Origin: Massalongia carnosa | Taxonomy: Eukaryota | Assembly (NCBI GenBank): GCA_965645245.1 | Contig: OZ287080.1 | Coordinates: forward strand, 62,001 to 126,000 | Length of the DNA: 64,000 nt | Reading direction: 5' to 3' | In this document: one piece after another, positions 10,350 through 21,977 of the stretch | Layout of the letters: the number at the start of each line of letters is the position of its first letter | How positions within the stretch are numbered: the stretch's first letter is position 1 | Made by a program: the position numbers and the translations under genes | Notes under the pieces: generated by a model | Databases searched by the model: none | Told to the model about the DNA's origin: nothing | Seen by the model: only the letters and a program-made list of their open reading frames with translations

Positions 10350-10647
10350 CTGTGGACTATATACTGAATGGTTCGTTCAATGGGAAGGATGTCCGAGCTA
10401 AAGCCGTATTCCTTACGGTAATGAAAGAATTGATAGGCTAACAGAATAAGGTCTTCTGAAAGAGGTGGAGTTGAACCTTGTGGAGGGGAAACAGAGGAGA
10501 ATTGGGAAGCCAGGTTGGGCCTCGCCACGGTGAATTCAACCGAGGTGAGCTTTGGCAGGAAGACTGGTTGAAGTGCTACTTCTGGTGGAGGACTCCTCCT
10601 GGTGATCTATACAGTAATCAATGGTACTGCGAGACAGTGCTACCATT

Positions 10648-10851
10648 TGTAAAGGTAAGCATCATAATAAGGGTGTGTAAAAGGATGTCCATTGAGATGT
10701 GCGAGCAAGCTCGTCTATATACAGCTAATCTAGACTAGTCCCAATCTGGACCTGCTCCTATCATGGAAGGACCAAAGAGTTAAGCCGGGCTTATCACGGA
10801 GATAAGCAAGTGTTAGAGTACGAAAGCATGCTATATTATATTATCGTGACA
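10648..10851 (-). repeat. LTR (5' LTR in element orientation)
   Basis: Direct repeat of 6571-6774, followed by TSD CTAGG. Confidence 0.9.
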
Positions 10852-11344
10852 CTAGGGCTTTAGATGGATTCATTAAATCCTTATTGATACATGGAATTCC
10901 ACCTACGCATCATATAGCTTTTAATGCAATTATAAGTCTGAGAAAGGCTCATAAATTAAAAGCTCTATCAAGACGATGGTTTCGGTCTTGGTGGAAACGT
11001 AGCAATTTACACAAGATTAAGACCAAACTATTACCAATGGTTCGCTTTGAAGCCGCTGAAGAATCAGGTGTGATCAAATGGTTTAATAGCTATAAAGAGG
11101 TATTGAGGGAATTAAAAATCAGAAGAAGACGAAACATTTTAAACTTTGATGAAGCTGCTTTTCGAATTGGATGCATGAATGGTCAGGAAATCTACGTTCC
11201 TATGGAAATCAAGCAATTCTAAGCCGTCAGCCCGGAGAATCGCCGATCTGCGACGGTCATTTAGACGATCAATGCTGCTGGCGACTATCCCCCTCCCCCC
11301 ATGATCATCATACAGGGTCAGGAAATCATGGCGACGAGGTTTTC

Positions 11345-12376
11345 TGTAATACGGATGGCGCTAGAGGGATACGTGATCGCCTATGGCGGTTGCGGGATTA
11401 ACTAGCGTGGACCATGCCGTAGTACGAAGTCGCATAAGCCGTCGAGGCTGACACACTGCCATCTTGCCCCGAAACTTCGGAGTTATTGTTATCACGTTTT
11501 CTTGACTACTTACAGATCAAACACCTGTCGAGGCCGTGGTGGTAGATTGCCATGGAGTGTAAGGCGGACTCCTGTGGAGACGCCAAGGAACCCTATATGG
11601 GATCTACTGGCCTACTCGGAGCTACTGGATCTCTTGATGGTTCAAGAGAGGTAGCAGGAGGCACGGCTCGCTGGACGCAGCTTGAGCTAGGCTCCCCGGT
11701 GTAAACTTAAGCTTCAACCTTTATTACTACGTTGGTAGTGATGTCGGCTGAATGAACCTACATGACCTCATTGTCTAGACCTTGTGTCTAGAGGCAGGTC
11801 CGCGGTGTAGCAAGGTATTCAGTCGGAGGTAACCTTCCATCACTAGGTAGTGGTGACGGCGAAATGATGCTACATAGCCTGAGGCATGTAGTGAGGGATC
11901 TAGCCGGGGGTAGAATTGTTCTACCTTGCAAGGGAAGATCTAGAAGGCTGCTCGAGGCTGACTAGATGATCCAGCGAACGCCGAGTTCGTGGATGGATCC
12001 TGAGGGATGGTTGGATGTAATGCGATAAAGTCGGATGTGGATTGCAAGGCTGTAATGCTCGCAAGACTCCCAAGGCTTGCAAGGCTCCTAAGGTTCCAAG
12101 GCTCCCAAGGCTATAGGCTTGGGGTGAGTAGGATAAATATCAGAACGAATCTTGTAGTATTCGTTAGCAATTAGTCTTTATTCTATGAACAACCTACGTT
12201 TGGGTCTCGGACGAGATCTCTTGGTCTAAGCACTTCCACATCCATTAGTTCTTTGGATCACGTATACTCTCGGAGACTAGCACGTAGTAGCTATCTTCCA
12301 CCTCTCACGCTGAGCATTTCCCCTTTCGAGATCAGTGTCGCTCGTGATAAGCTTACTGGTCTCGTAGCCCATTACA
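11345..12376. mobile_element. Solo LTR, about 1.03 kb, family S copy 1
   Basis: TGTAAT...ATTACA termini with TSD TTTTC. It interrupts the pogo transposase and is near-identical to 13217-14246 and, reversed, 19787-20816. Confidence 0.9.
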
Positions 12377-13216
12377 TTTTCGGAGGATTCGCCGGTGGGC
12401 ACGCGTATTGTACCTTCCGACAGTGGTTTCACATCTGATAAGATAGCAATTGAATAATTGAAGCATCTAATTCAAAATTCGGATGCAGGACCTAAAGCAG
12501 ATTGGAAATTACTCCTGATAGATAATCATAGCAGTCACGTTACTCCTGAATTTGTACTTCTGGCCAATGAAAATCACATTCGTCCCTACCCACTAATTAC
12601 ACATTTGACTCATTGCATGCAGCCATTAGATGTCGGCGTGTTTCAGCCCTATAAACACTGGCATCAACATGCTATTGAGGAGAATGTTGCATCGTCATTT
12701 GTCGAGTATTCCCTGACTCGGTTTCTTCAGGATTTGATCAAAATTAGAAACCAGACATTCAAAGCTTGTACAATCCGACATGCATTTGAAACTTCGGGAA
12801 TGTGGCCGGTCAATCCAGAAGCATACATTCGTCAGCCGAAACAAGTCATTCTCGATAATTCTAGTCTGAACAATTCTGATCTGACTGATCAGCCCTCAAT
12901 TCCTCTACCTCGTCAAATTCAACCTAGGGATATAGTCGACATAGAAAATGGATTGCGTCAATGGGGGTCAAAAATTCAAGAATCTATGCAATGGAGTGAT
13001 CCCGCCCGAGCAGGGGAATTTGATTCTTTTATAGCTGGTACGAAAGAGATCATTTCGAAGTCTATACTCGGCGAAGCGGAGCATGAAATATATCAGCAGC
13101 AAAGAACGAATCAGCTAAACAGCAGACGAATATCTCGTAAAAGATTGAGACCTGAAATCGGAAGATTGGGAATAACCGCTGAAGATGCGAAGCAAGCTAT
13201 AGCCATAAAGCTACAA

Positions 13217-14246
13217 TGTAATACGGATGGCGCTAGAGGGATACGTGATCGCCTATGGCGGTTGCGGGATTAACTAGCGTGGACCATGCCGTAGTACGAA
13301 GTCGCATAAGCCGTCGAGGCTGACACACTGCCATCTTACCCCGAAACTTCGGAGTTATTGTTATCACGTTCTTGACTACTTACAGATCAAACACCTGTCG
13401 AGGCCGTGGTGGTAGATTGCCATGGAGTGTAAGGCGGACTCCTGTGGAGACGCCAAGGAACTCTATATGGGATCTACTGGCCTACTCGGAGCTACTGGAT
13501 CTCTTGATGGTTCAAGAGAGGTAGCAGGAGGCACGGCTCGCTGGACGCAGCTTGAGCTAGGCTCCCCGGTGTAAACTTCAGCTTCAACCTTTATTACTAC
13601 GTTGGTAGTGATGTCGGCTGAATGAACCTACATGACCTCGTTGTCTAGACCTTGTGTCTAGAGGCAGGTCCGCAGTGTAGCGAGGTATTCAGTCGGAGGT
13701 AACCTTCCATCACTAGGTAGTGGTGACGGCGAAATGAAGCTACATAGCCTGAGGCATGTAGTGAGGGATCTAGCCGGGGGTAGAATTGTTCTACCTTGCA
13801 AGGGAAGGTCTAGAAGGCTGCTCGAGGCTGACTAGATGATCCAGCGAACGCCGAGTTCGTGGATGGATCCTGAGGGATGGTTGGATGTAATGCGGTAAAG
13901 TCGGATGTGGATTGCAAGGCTGTAATGCTCGCAAGACTCCCAAGGCTTGCAAGGCTCCTAAGGTTCCAAGGCTCCCAAGGCTATAGGCTTGGGGTGAGTA
14001 GGATAAATATCAGAACGAATCTTGTAGTATTCGTTAGCAATTAGTCTTTATTCTATGAACAACCTACGTTTGGGTCTCGGACGAGATCTCTTGGTCTAAG
14101 CACTTCCACATCCATTAGTTCTTTGGATCACGTATACTCTCGGAGACTAGCACGTAGTAGCTATCTTCCTCCTCTCACGCTGAGCATTTCCCCTTTCGAG
14201 ATCAGTGTCGCTCGTGATAAGCTTACTGGTCTCGTAGCCCATTACA
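13217..14246. mobile_element. Solo LTR, family S copy 2
   Basis: Same termini, its own TSD TACAA (13212-16, 14247-51), same orientation as copy 1. Confidence 0.9.
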
Positions 14247-16134
14247 TACAAAAAGATCAGGAAATTGAGAAGAAGAAGGAGAATAATAACTTCATGAAGT
14301 TGTGGAGAACGGAAAGAGACGAAATTCATGTTAAAGGGGTGACTGCTCGAAAAGCAGAAAGGGATCGAGTCAAACGACTAAAAGAGATACAGAAAGGGCC
14401 CGGTGCCATCTCAGTTGAGATGAATGAGGAGATTCCTGACCCCGAGGCATTATGGAAAGCGACGAATGAGGTGTAGATAGCTGAGGAAGCGAAAAAAGAA
14501 GCCCGAAAGAATCTATCTACATCTGCTCGTGCCAATGTTGAAGAAGACGTCACATTTATTGTAGATGAGACAGAAGCTAGAAATGGAGGCATTTCGAACA
14601 TTTCGAATATTCCGGACATTCCAGAAGAAGCATGGCTACGAGATGATTTTGTGTCTTTCAATCCAGGTTTCGAATCGGGAGATGCTTCGAATTATGAGGG
14701 GGATGCGGGGTATGCGGGGTATCAGGAAGATCAGAATAATCAGGGTGGTCAAAGTGGTCAAGGGGGTCAGGGGGGTCAGAGGGATAATTTTAATAACGGC
14801 TTTGATGATGACGATGCCTTTCGAGCTTTGTATGAAATTTAGAATCAATAAATCAATGTGGTTGAGGGTAAAAGGTGAAAAATGGTCAAAATTTCAGTTT
14901 GAATAGATGCTAATCGCTTTCCGGATGCAAATCGCTTTCCCCGACAAGGAGGCGACGGCCTCCGAGTCGGATCCCACTAAGCGAGCCGACGATTATTAGC
15001 CCTGGGTTTTAAGACAAAGTTTGGCTGAGGTTGGACCCTGAAAATTAACTAAGTGATCGAATCCCGAAAAATTAAGGTTTAGTGAGCTGAATTCTGAGGA
15101 ACATCACGGTCATACATACCTTTATTATTACATATCCATCATCGGGAAATCGGGAGGACCCGCGAATTGGTCCAATAGTCGACTAATAGGCTACATTAGT
15201 CAATTAGCCGAAATGTTCTAGGTACTGCCGATTGCGCCCACGTTTGACATGGGCGCTTGACGAATAGTCGAACATTTGACCTGTAAACAGCTGCTCTTTG
15301 ACTATTGATTACCTTTACCTTTCTTTGTCCAATGATGATAATTGCTTTATTGACTCTTTTGTGTCATTGTAAGCATTTGAATCCAATAATTTCATTAATT
15401 AACTTGTTGTTTTAGTAACGATTGTAACAAATCTTGCGTATGTCAAAATGCACTGCTTTTGTTTCCTTTTCGAGCGCTTGATGCTGCAAGATACGACGAT
15501 AAAGACACACCAGTCGAGTAAATTATCATGATTTGGTTTAATTAATGTTATGTAAGTTCTCCCATATTGTCGTCCTCCCTCGCAGAGTCTTCATCTGCTT
15601 GAGAATGCGCCCAGTTTCCTCTTCGTATCACTACTCTATGCACCTGTTCCACCCGATCCAAAAACGAACTCTATTCCTCCTCAAAGCTCAATACGGCCTT
15701 GGGATTGTTGATACAGTATACCAGAACGACTCTCCATCTTTTATTCCCACAGCAGTCTGCCACTCCTTCCACGTTGCATCATACCTCATCTAAATCCGCC
15801 AGTCTTTTCCCATGCGTAAATCGTAATCTATCGCATCTTCTTGACCCGAATCTGTCGTCACGATTGCGTCTTGCGCGAGTGGAGTTGGAGTTGACGATAT
15901 CTTGTCGTTAATCTGTTTCCAACGCAATTGTTAGACTAACAGATATTCTACAAACAAAGCGAATACTTACGAAGGATGAACTTGATGCGCTGTGCTTTAA
16001 TTGTGAGGGTTCACGTTCCGAAGAATTCTAGGAGAGATGTTAATACCACGTTAGAACGCGGTTAATAAGATTGCATACCTCGTGGCTTATCAACTGCGGC
16101 GGTCTAGGTGAAGAGGTTTCCTTCTATGATCGTC

Positions 16135-16675
16135 AAGAACTGGCAAATGGATTGTGGACAGCTTTTGTGACCGCCGAAAAGTCTCTATCTCTTTTTCTAG
16201 TCTAACGCATATATCGCCGATGAATGATACTTTGTAACAACATCTTTCTCTCCGAGGACTGTTGATTCCAGGTGATCGTCATTCGAGTATTGATTTCTTT
16301 TCAGTATTAATGCCTCAACTCAGCAATGATTATATTGATACAAACTTACTCTCTCGCTGTACCTTTTTTTGCCCGTATTCGTACTCTCCAATAGCATGTT
16401 GAACCAGAGTTGTTATCAATACGATCACTTCTCCTCGAAGTGGATTGAACAAATGCGCAGTGTCGGTATTGCGTCCATAATTGCAGTCATTGTCGTTATT
16501 GAAGGATATCAGAGTAACTGCCTTTATCAAGATAGGCGCGAGAAACTGCTTTTTCGGAGCCTAATCGCAAGTTAGTTAAACTTTATATCAAGATAACTAG
16601 GACATATTAACCGTTGATAAATCTTCGCACAGAAAATGAAGATCGTCTAGCAAAGTGGACACGAATATTCGACAG
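16135..16675 (-). pseudogene. 3' remnant of a spliced gene of unknown function (pattern resembles fungal DUF6532-type proteins)
   Basis: A 51-bp GT..CTAAC..AG intron at 16561-16611 joins ...LLDDLHFLCEDLST in phase to APKKQFLAPILIKAVTLISF...AHLFNPLRGEVIVLITTLVQHAIGEYEYG. The 5' end is replaced by a copia fragment. The family call is from memory of the pattern only. Confidence 0.4.
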
Positions 16676-19480
16676 TATGGCAAAACCGTCCCAAAGCTTC
16701 CAACGTTCCCAAAGCTTGATACTCGACTCCGGTTCTACCTCACATATTCTCTGCAACAAGGACTTCTTTCTAGAAGGAACCTTTCGGAGCGAGTACAACT
16801 TTCTAGAGACAGGGTCCGGAGAAGTACTACCAACAGAGGCACAGGCTCTCTGCTTATCCCGCTGGACAATGGCAATGGAAGTCAAACTGACCTCATTCTG
16901 ACCGATGTCCTATACTCCCCACGCCTAAAATTTAACCTCATCAGCACCATTAAGCTTGGTAAGAAAGGCATAGCAACATACCTGATGGCGGACGAGCAGC
17001 CCGCATAATTAGTGCACAAAGGAAAGGTGATTGGACTGGCCAAAACGATAAATAATCAATATATTTTGGAAACAACCATCAGCCCTATCGGTGCACGAGC
17101 CCTCACTACCACAAATTCTGCAAAGTCCCCTATTCAAATAGTTATGGCACGAACGACTCGGCCACCTCAGCTATCCAAACCTCCTATAACTAAATTACTT
17201 AGCCATTGGAGTCACAATCGATGGACCCATACCAGAAGAAGTATGCGGCCCATGCATGATGGGTAGACAACAGCGGAAAATAAATCGCACTCCAAGGACC
17301 CGAGCAACAGAATTCCTGGGTCTAGTGCATAGCGATTTGGGGGGACCATTCCCACTGACAAGGTTCGGTAAACGTTTTTATGCTACAATAAAAAGACAAT
17401 TTCTCCGGAGTAATGTGGGTGTATTTGCTGAAAACAAAGGGTCAGACCTTTGAAGTTTTCAAAGAGTTCAAAGCATGGATAGAAAATCAATCAGGAAAGA
17501 AAATAAAGCGCCTTCGAGCTGATGGAGGAGGAGAGTACACGGGTGGAGACTTCCAGAATTTCCTAAAAAAGGAAGGCATCAATGGGAAGCCAGGGCACCG
17601 AATGTGCCCGAGCAAAACGGAAAAGCCGAAAGACAGAACTATACTCTCATGGTCCCTACCCGGTCCATGTTGAAAGCAAAGAAACTTCCAAAGTCTCTTT
17701 CGGGGGAAGTCCTGAAGACTGCTGGGTACATCAAAAATAGAAGTCCCGGGGTCGACGAGGTCACTCCATATGAACGCATGAACAATGCGAAACCCTTCCT
17801 CGGCCATATGAGAACAGTCGGGGCAAGGACCTGGATACATCCCAAAGGAGAAACGAAAGAAATTGGATGATCGTTCCTGGCAAGGCATATTTGTCGGGTA
17901 TGATGGAAACAAAATCTACGATCCTCTCACTGGAAAAGTCAATGTTTGTCGCGATATCACCGTCGACGAAGGCAATATGTATGATCCCAAGGTCAGAAAG
18001 GCCTGGGCCCTAGCCGATATTCCATGGGAGAAGAATGATGATGGTTTATTTGATGATCCGGACGACTTTGTCGAAAATGAAGTCGAAATCCCAAATTCGT
18101 TATCTCCGATAAACCCGAACTCCAAAATATCGATAAGTTCGGAAGACCTGCTGCGCTGCAGGCACCGAAAGACCTGCACGACCGCAGGCAACGAAAGTCC
18201 TGCAACGACCGCAGGCACGGAAAGTCCTGCAACGACCGCAGGCACCGAAAGTCCTGCAACGACCGCAGGCACGGAAAGTCCTGCAACGACCGCAGGCACC
18301 GAAAGTCCTGCAACGACCGCAGGCAACGAAAGACCTACGCACGGGTAGGCAACGGAAGTCCTACGCACGGGTAGGCAACGGAAGTCCTACGCACGGGTAG
18401 GCAACAGACCAATCCCACAGCACTCTTTCCGATTTCCACCCACGTGTGAAAGGTGGTTTGGCCTGAGGCTGTCAAGGGCAATAAGTCAAGGATGGGATTC
18501 GGGTTCAGAGGGAGCTACATCAGGAACTAAAGCATCAGAGGGAGCAGACTGTCATCGACGCCGGGATAGCTTCAGCGAGGCGAATAAGACCTATGGCAGT
18601 GAGAGGGAGTGTTGAATTGCACTGCCGAAGTTTCTATGCTTAGTCAGCTGAATGTATATTAGCCGCTCTTCTCTCTCTATAGAACAATCAACCGTCTCAA
18701 GTTTCAACAAACATCCGTCCTAGCATTCAAAATGAATCGGTCCCATCAACTCCACGAATAATGCTTCATCCAATGGGAGTAAATACGTCAGGGGGAGGCC
18801 AAGCCGAGGAGAGTGAGGGGAGGATGATCCAAGTGAAACGGAAGAAATTCCTTCACCCCTCATCGAACCTCGAAGATCTGGACGAATAAGGGTCCCCAGT
18901 CAAAGAGAACTGGAGAACATCCGTCCTAGCATTCAAAATGAATCGGCCCCATCAACTCCACGAATAATGCTCCATCCAATGGGAGTAGATGCGTCGGGGG
19001 AGGCCAAGCCGAGGAGAGAGAGGGGGGGGCTGATCCAAGTGAAGCGGAAGAAATTTCTTCACCCCTCATCGAACCTCGAAGATCTGGGCGACTAAGAGTT
19101 CCCAGTCAAAAGTCACTGGAGAACTCCCGTCCCAGCATAAATATATTCAGGTCAAACCAGGTGCCAGAATCCCATAAACATATGGTACGAGTGCTAATCA
19201 CCCTGGCAAGAGGCGAGGACACAGAAGGCCTCAATGAACCTCTGACACTGAAAGAGGCAATGTCCTCACCCCACTGGGAACAATGGAAAAAGGCCATGGA
19301 GGCCGAATACCAATCCCTAGTGGAGAATGAAACATGGAAACTAGAAAAAGGCACCAACTGATCGAAAGGTGATCACCGGTCGCTGAGTGTTCAAAATAAA
19401 GAAAGATAAATATCAAGTTTATCTCGACCAAAGAGATGATAGCAAGACGGGCTTACGAAGCCCCTGGCCGCTAAACCCTT
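16676..19480 (+). mobile_element. Degraded Ty1/copia fragment (family B): protease, integrase and RT start; RT/RH deleted
   Basis: Close match to the 42027-47070 element (ILDSGSTSHI, WHERLGH-like, VHSDLGGP, RLRADGGGEY, PEQNGKAER). It has many frameshifts, and at about 19410 it jumps from the RT start to the RNase H end. Confidence 0.85.
18149..18709. repeat. LTR-like insert (TG..CA, about 560 bp) with 27-bp and 26-bp tandem repeats
   Basis: Absent from the intact family-B copy. It contains about 6 x ACGACCGCAGGCA(C/A)(C/G)GAAAGTCCTGCA and about 3 x ACGCACGGGTAGGCAACGGAAGTCCT. No matching TSD. Confidence 0.6.
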
Positions 19481-19713
19481 CACAGCGGGTGTCAAAAGTT
19501 TTTACCTAATGAGGGTAGCATTTTTAAGCGAAAATCCCCTATGTGCATGAATTTTTTTTTAGATTTCCTCCCCCAATCAACCATGGCACCATCTACTCCA
19601 CCACCACAGGCAAAAAAAATCCCCTGATGCTGATACCATCAGAAAAACCCGCTTTTTTCAAGCTATTGATCATCGGCCGGAAAATGTAACCATCAAAGAT
19701 GTCTGCGAGCAAG

Positions 19714-21977
19714 GTTTTCCTTTTCCCTAGAGTGTAGTCATCTGGTTTCCCTTCTGGGAATATAAACCAACAGTTCTCGAGATTATTGTAATGGGCTACG
19801 AGACCAGTAAGCTTATCACGAGCGACACTGATCTCGAAAGGGGAAATGCTCAGCGTGAGAGGAGGAAGATAGCTACTACGTGCTAGTCTCCGAGAGTATA
19901 CGTGATCCAAAGAACTAATGGATGTGGAAGTGCTTAGACCAAGAGATCTCGTCCGAGACCCAAACGTAGGTTGTTCATAGAATAAAGACTAATTGCTAAC
20001 GAATACTACAAGATTCGTTCTGATATTTATCCTACTCACCCCAAGCCTATAGCCTTGGGAGCCTTGGAACCTTAGGAGCCTTGCAAGCCTTGGGAGTCTT
20101 GCGAGCATTACAGCCTTGCAATCCACATCCGACTTTATCGCATTACATCCAACCATCCCTCAGGATCCATCCACGAACTCGGCGTTCGCTGGATCATCTA
20201 GTCAGCCTCGAGCAGCCTTCTAGATCTTCCCTTGCAAGGTAGAACAATTCTACCCCCGGCTAGATCCCTCACTACATGCCTCAGGCTATGTAGCATCATT
20301 TCGCCGTCACCACTACCTAGTGATGGAAGGTTACCTCCGACTGAATACCTCGCTACACTGCGGACCTGCCTCTAGACACAAGGTCTAGACAACGAGGTCA
20401 TGTAGGTTCATTCAGCCGACATCACTACCAACGTAGTAATAAAGGTTGAAGCTGAAGTTTACACCGGGGAGCCTAGCTCAAGCTGCGTCCAGCGAGCCGT
20501 GCCTCCTGCTACCTCTCTTGAACCAGCAAGAGATCCAGTAGCTCCGAGTAGGCCAGTAGATCCCATATAGAGTTCCTTGGCGTCTCCACAGGAGTCCGCC
20601 TTACACTCCATGGCAATCTACCACCACGGCCTCGACAGGTGTTTGATCTGTAAGTAGTCAAGAACGTGATAACAATAACTCCGAAGTTTCGGGGCAAGAT
20701 GGCAGTGTGTCAGCCTCGACGGCTTATGCGACTTCGTACTACGGCATGGTCCACGCTAGTTAATCCCGCAACCGCCATAGGCGATCACGTATCCCTCTAG
20801 CGCCATCCGTATTACAATTATTGCCTGGTCTTTCACACGCAGGGCATATCTTATCGTGCCTTTTCACTCCACGGTGAGATTGTCCAGTTGTATTTGCCCT
20901 CTTTCTCTTAGTGGCTGTATTGGCTTCTTCTTCTAGTAGGCCATCTTCGTCTTCGTCGTCCACTAACGTCTGGAACGCGGCTCCCCGGACCGTCTGCTTC
21001 ACTCCATCTCTCAAGTATTCTCGGATTTCTCGTAGGACTTCTGGATATTGCGATATGTCATTTCTTGCGGCGTCGTTGCCTCTGGATCGAAGTGCATAGG
21101 ATAGTTCTGGTGCGTGTGGTTTCATCCACGACGACATATTTCCAAGCCATATTCCGTGCTTGAACTCCGACAAATCGTGTTGTCGGGCCTTGGCTACTAC
21201 CTTCTCCCACTTATCCAACCAGTCTAGTGGTTTCGCCTTCATCCTAAGCAACTAATCATATTTCTCCTTCGCCAACGCCATGGAATGTCCCGTCGGAGGT
21301 GCCATAAGGTTTCGTAAGATAATGAGACACTCCTTTACTGACATACTCGCTTTCAGGCTCGTTCGGTTTGTGATCGGAACTGTTTCTACTATGTGTTTTC
21401 TTATCGTCGTCAACGAGGTTTCTTGTCTTATATAGTCTTTCTGATCCGACTCGTAATGTTTTCTTGCATTATCGAACATTCGCTGATTTGCGGCTGAGAG
21501 GTTTGTGTATAGTGTCTCTCCTTGTACTATGTCTGCTACTACCGGCTTGTAGGGAGCTGCCGCAGGAAGAACAGTAGGTTGGTCTGGATCTGCCATATTC
21601 CAAAACTCGTTAGCTGATATCGTTTTCAATTCATCATACCACGTCTCCCAATCCTCTGATGTCTCGAGGATTGTCCTCATCGTTTTGGAGTCTGCTGCCA
21701 TTTTCGCGATTGCTGTCTCGTTGAATTTAAGAATCTAATGCTCTTGACGATTTGCGGTGTCTTTACGACTATCCGGGCTCATAACTGTCAAATATATAAG
21801 GGTCAAAAGGCATAATCAGGGAATTGGGTAGATGTTGATTGTATTGTGGAGGATGTGGAAAAGTGGGAATCTATCTAATGGGGGAGGCCACGTGTCTAGT
21901 CGGGCCGGAATAAACCTTCGGATATATCATCCTGAGTTACCACTGATGTTTAGGATTAGTTATCCTATAATTTGACA
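19714..21977 (-). mobile_element. 3'-truncated Ty1/copia (family D): 5' LTR, PBS and gag
   Basis: A 192-bp LTR at 21786-21977 (TGTCAAAT..ATTTGACA) is followed by PBS GTTATGAGCCCGG. Gag runs from 21701 with a stop at about 21252. The zinc knuckle CPACERPG-NLENCW is split by solo LTR S3. Confidence 0.8.
19787..20816. mobile_element. Solo LTR, family S copy 3 (opposite orientation to copies 1 and 2)
   Basis: Reverse complement of 11345-12376, with TSD ATTAT (19782-86, 20817-21). Confidence 0.9.

Larger units (their letters stand above)
6571..10851 (-). mobile_element. Ty3/gypsy LTR retrotransposon, internally deleted, with an inverted internal block
   Basis: LTRs of 204 bp at 6571-6774 and 10648-10851 (TG..CA, 2 mismatches seen), with TSD CTAGG on both sides. 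On the minus strand the PBS-like AATGGTAGCAC follows the 10648 LTR and the PPT GGGGGAAGT precedes the 6774 LTR. Confidence 0.88.
6334..14842 (+). pseudogene. DDE_1 (pogo/Fot1) transposase, split into four pieces by insertions and carrying stops
   Basis: The pieces are 6334-6570, 10857-11344, 12382-13216 and 14252-14842. They join in protein sense, with motifs ILNFDEAAFRIG, LLLIDNHSSHVT and THCMQPLDVGVFQPYK. In-frame stops occur at about 6544, 11220 and 14474. Confidence 0.88.
6048..14993 (+). mobile_element. Fot1/pogo-like (Tc1-mariner superfamily) DNA transposon, copy 1, carrying three nested LTR insertions
   Basis: Long imperfect TIRs begin ATCGTCGGCTCGCTTAG (6048) and end CTAAGCGAGCCGACGAT (14993). 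Each is flanked by TA (6046-47, 14994-95). Confidence 0.92.

Noticed and set aside
11345..14246. One LTR element that captured a transposase fragment between two LTRs
   Set aside because: Each LTR has its own TSD (TTTTC, TACAA), and the middle is colinear host transposase without PBS or PPT.
14651..14842. G/Q/N/Y-rich peptide as an NLR-linked amyloid signalling motif
   Set aside because: It is the low-complexity tail of the pogo transposase, with a counterpart in copy 2, and not a separate effector gene.
17863..18368. TTAGTESPA-repeat protein (mucin or antifreeze-like)
   Set aside because: It is read-through from a dead integrase into a 27-bp DNA tandem repeat of the inserted segment.
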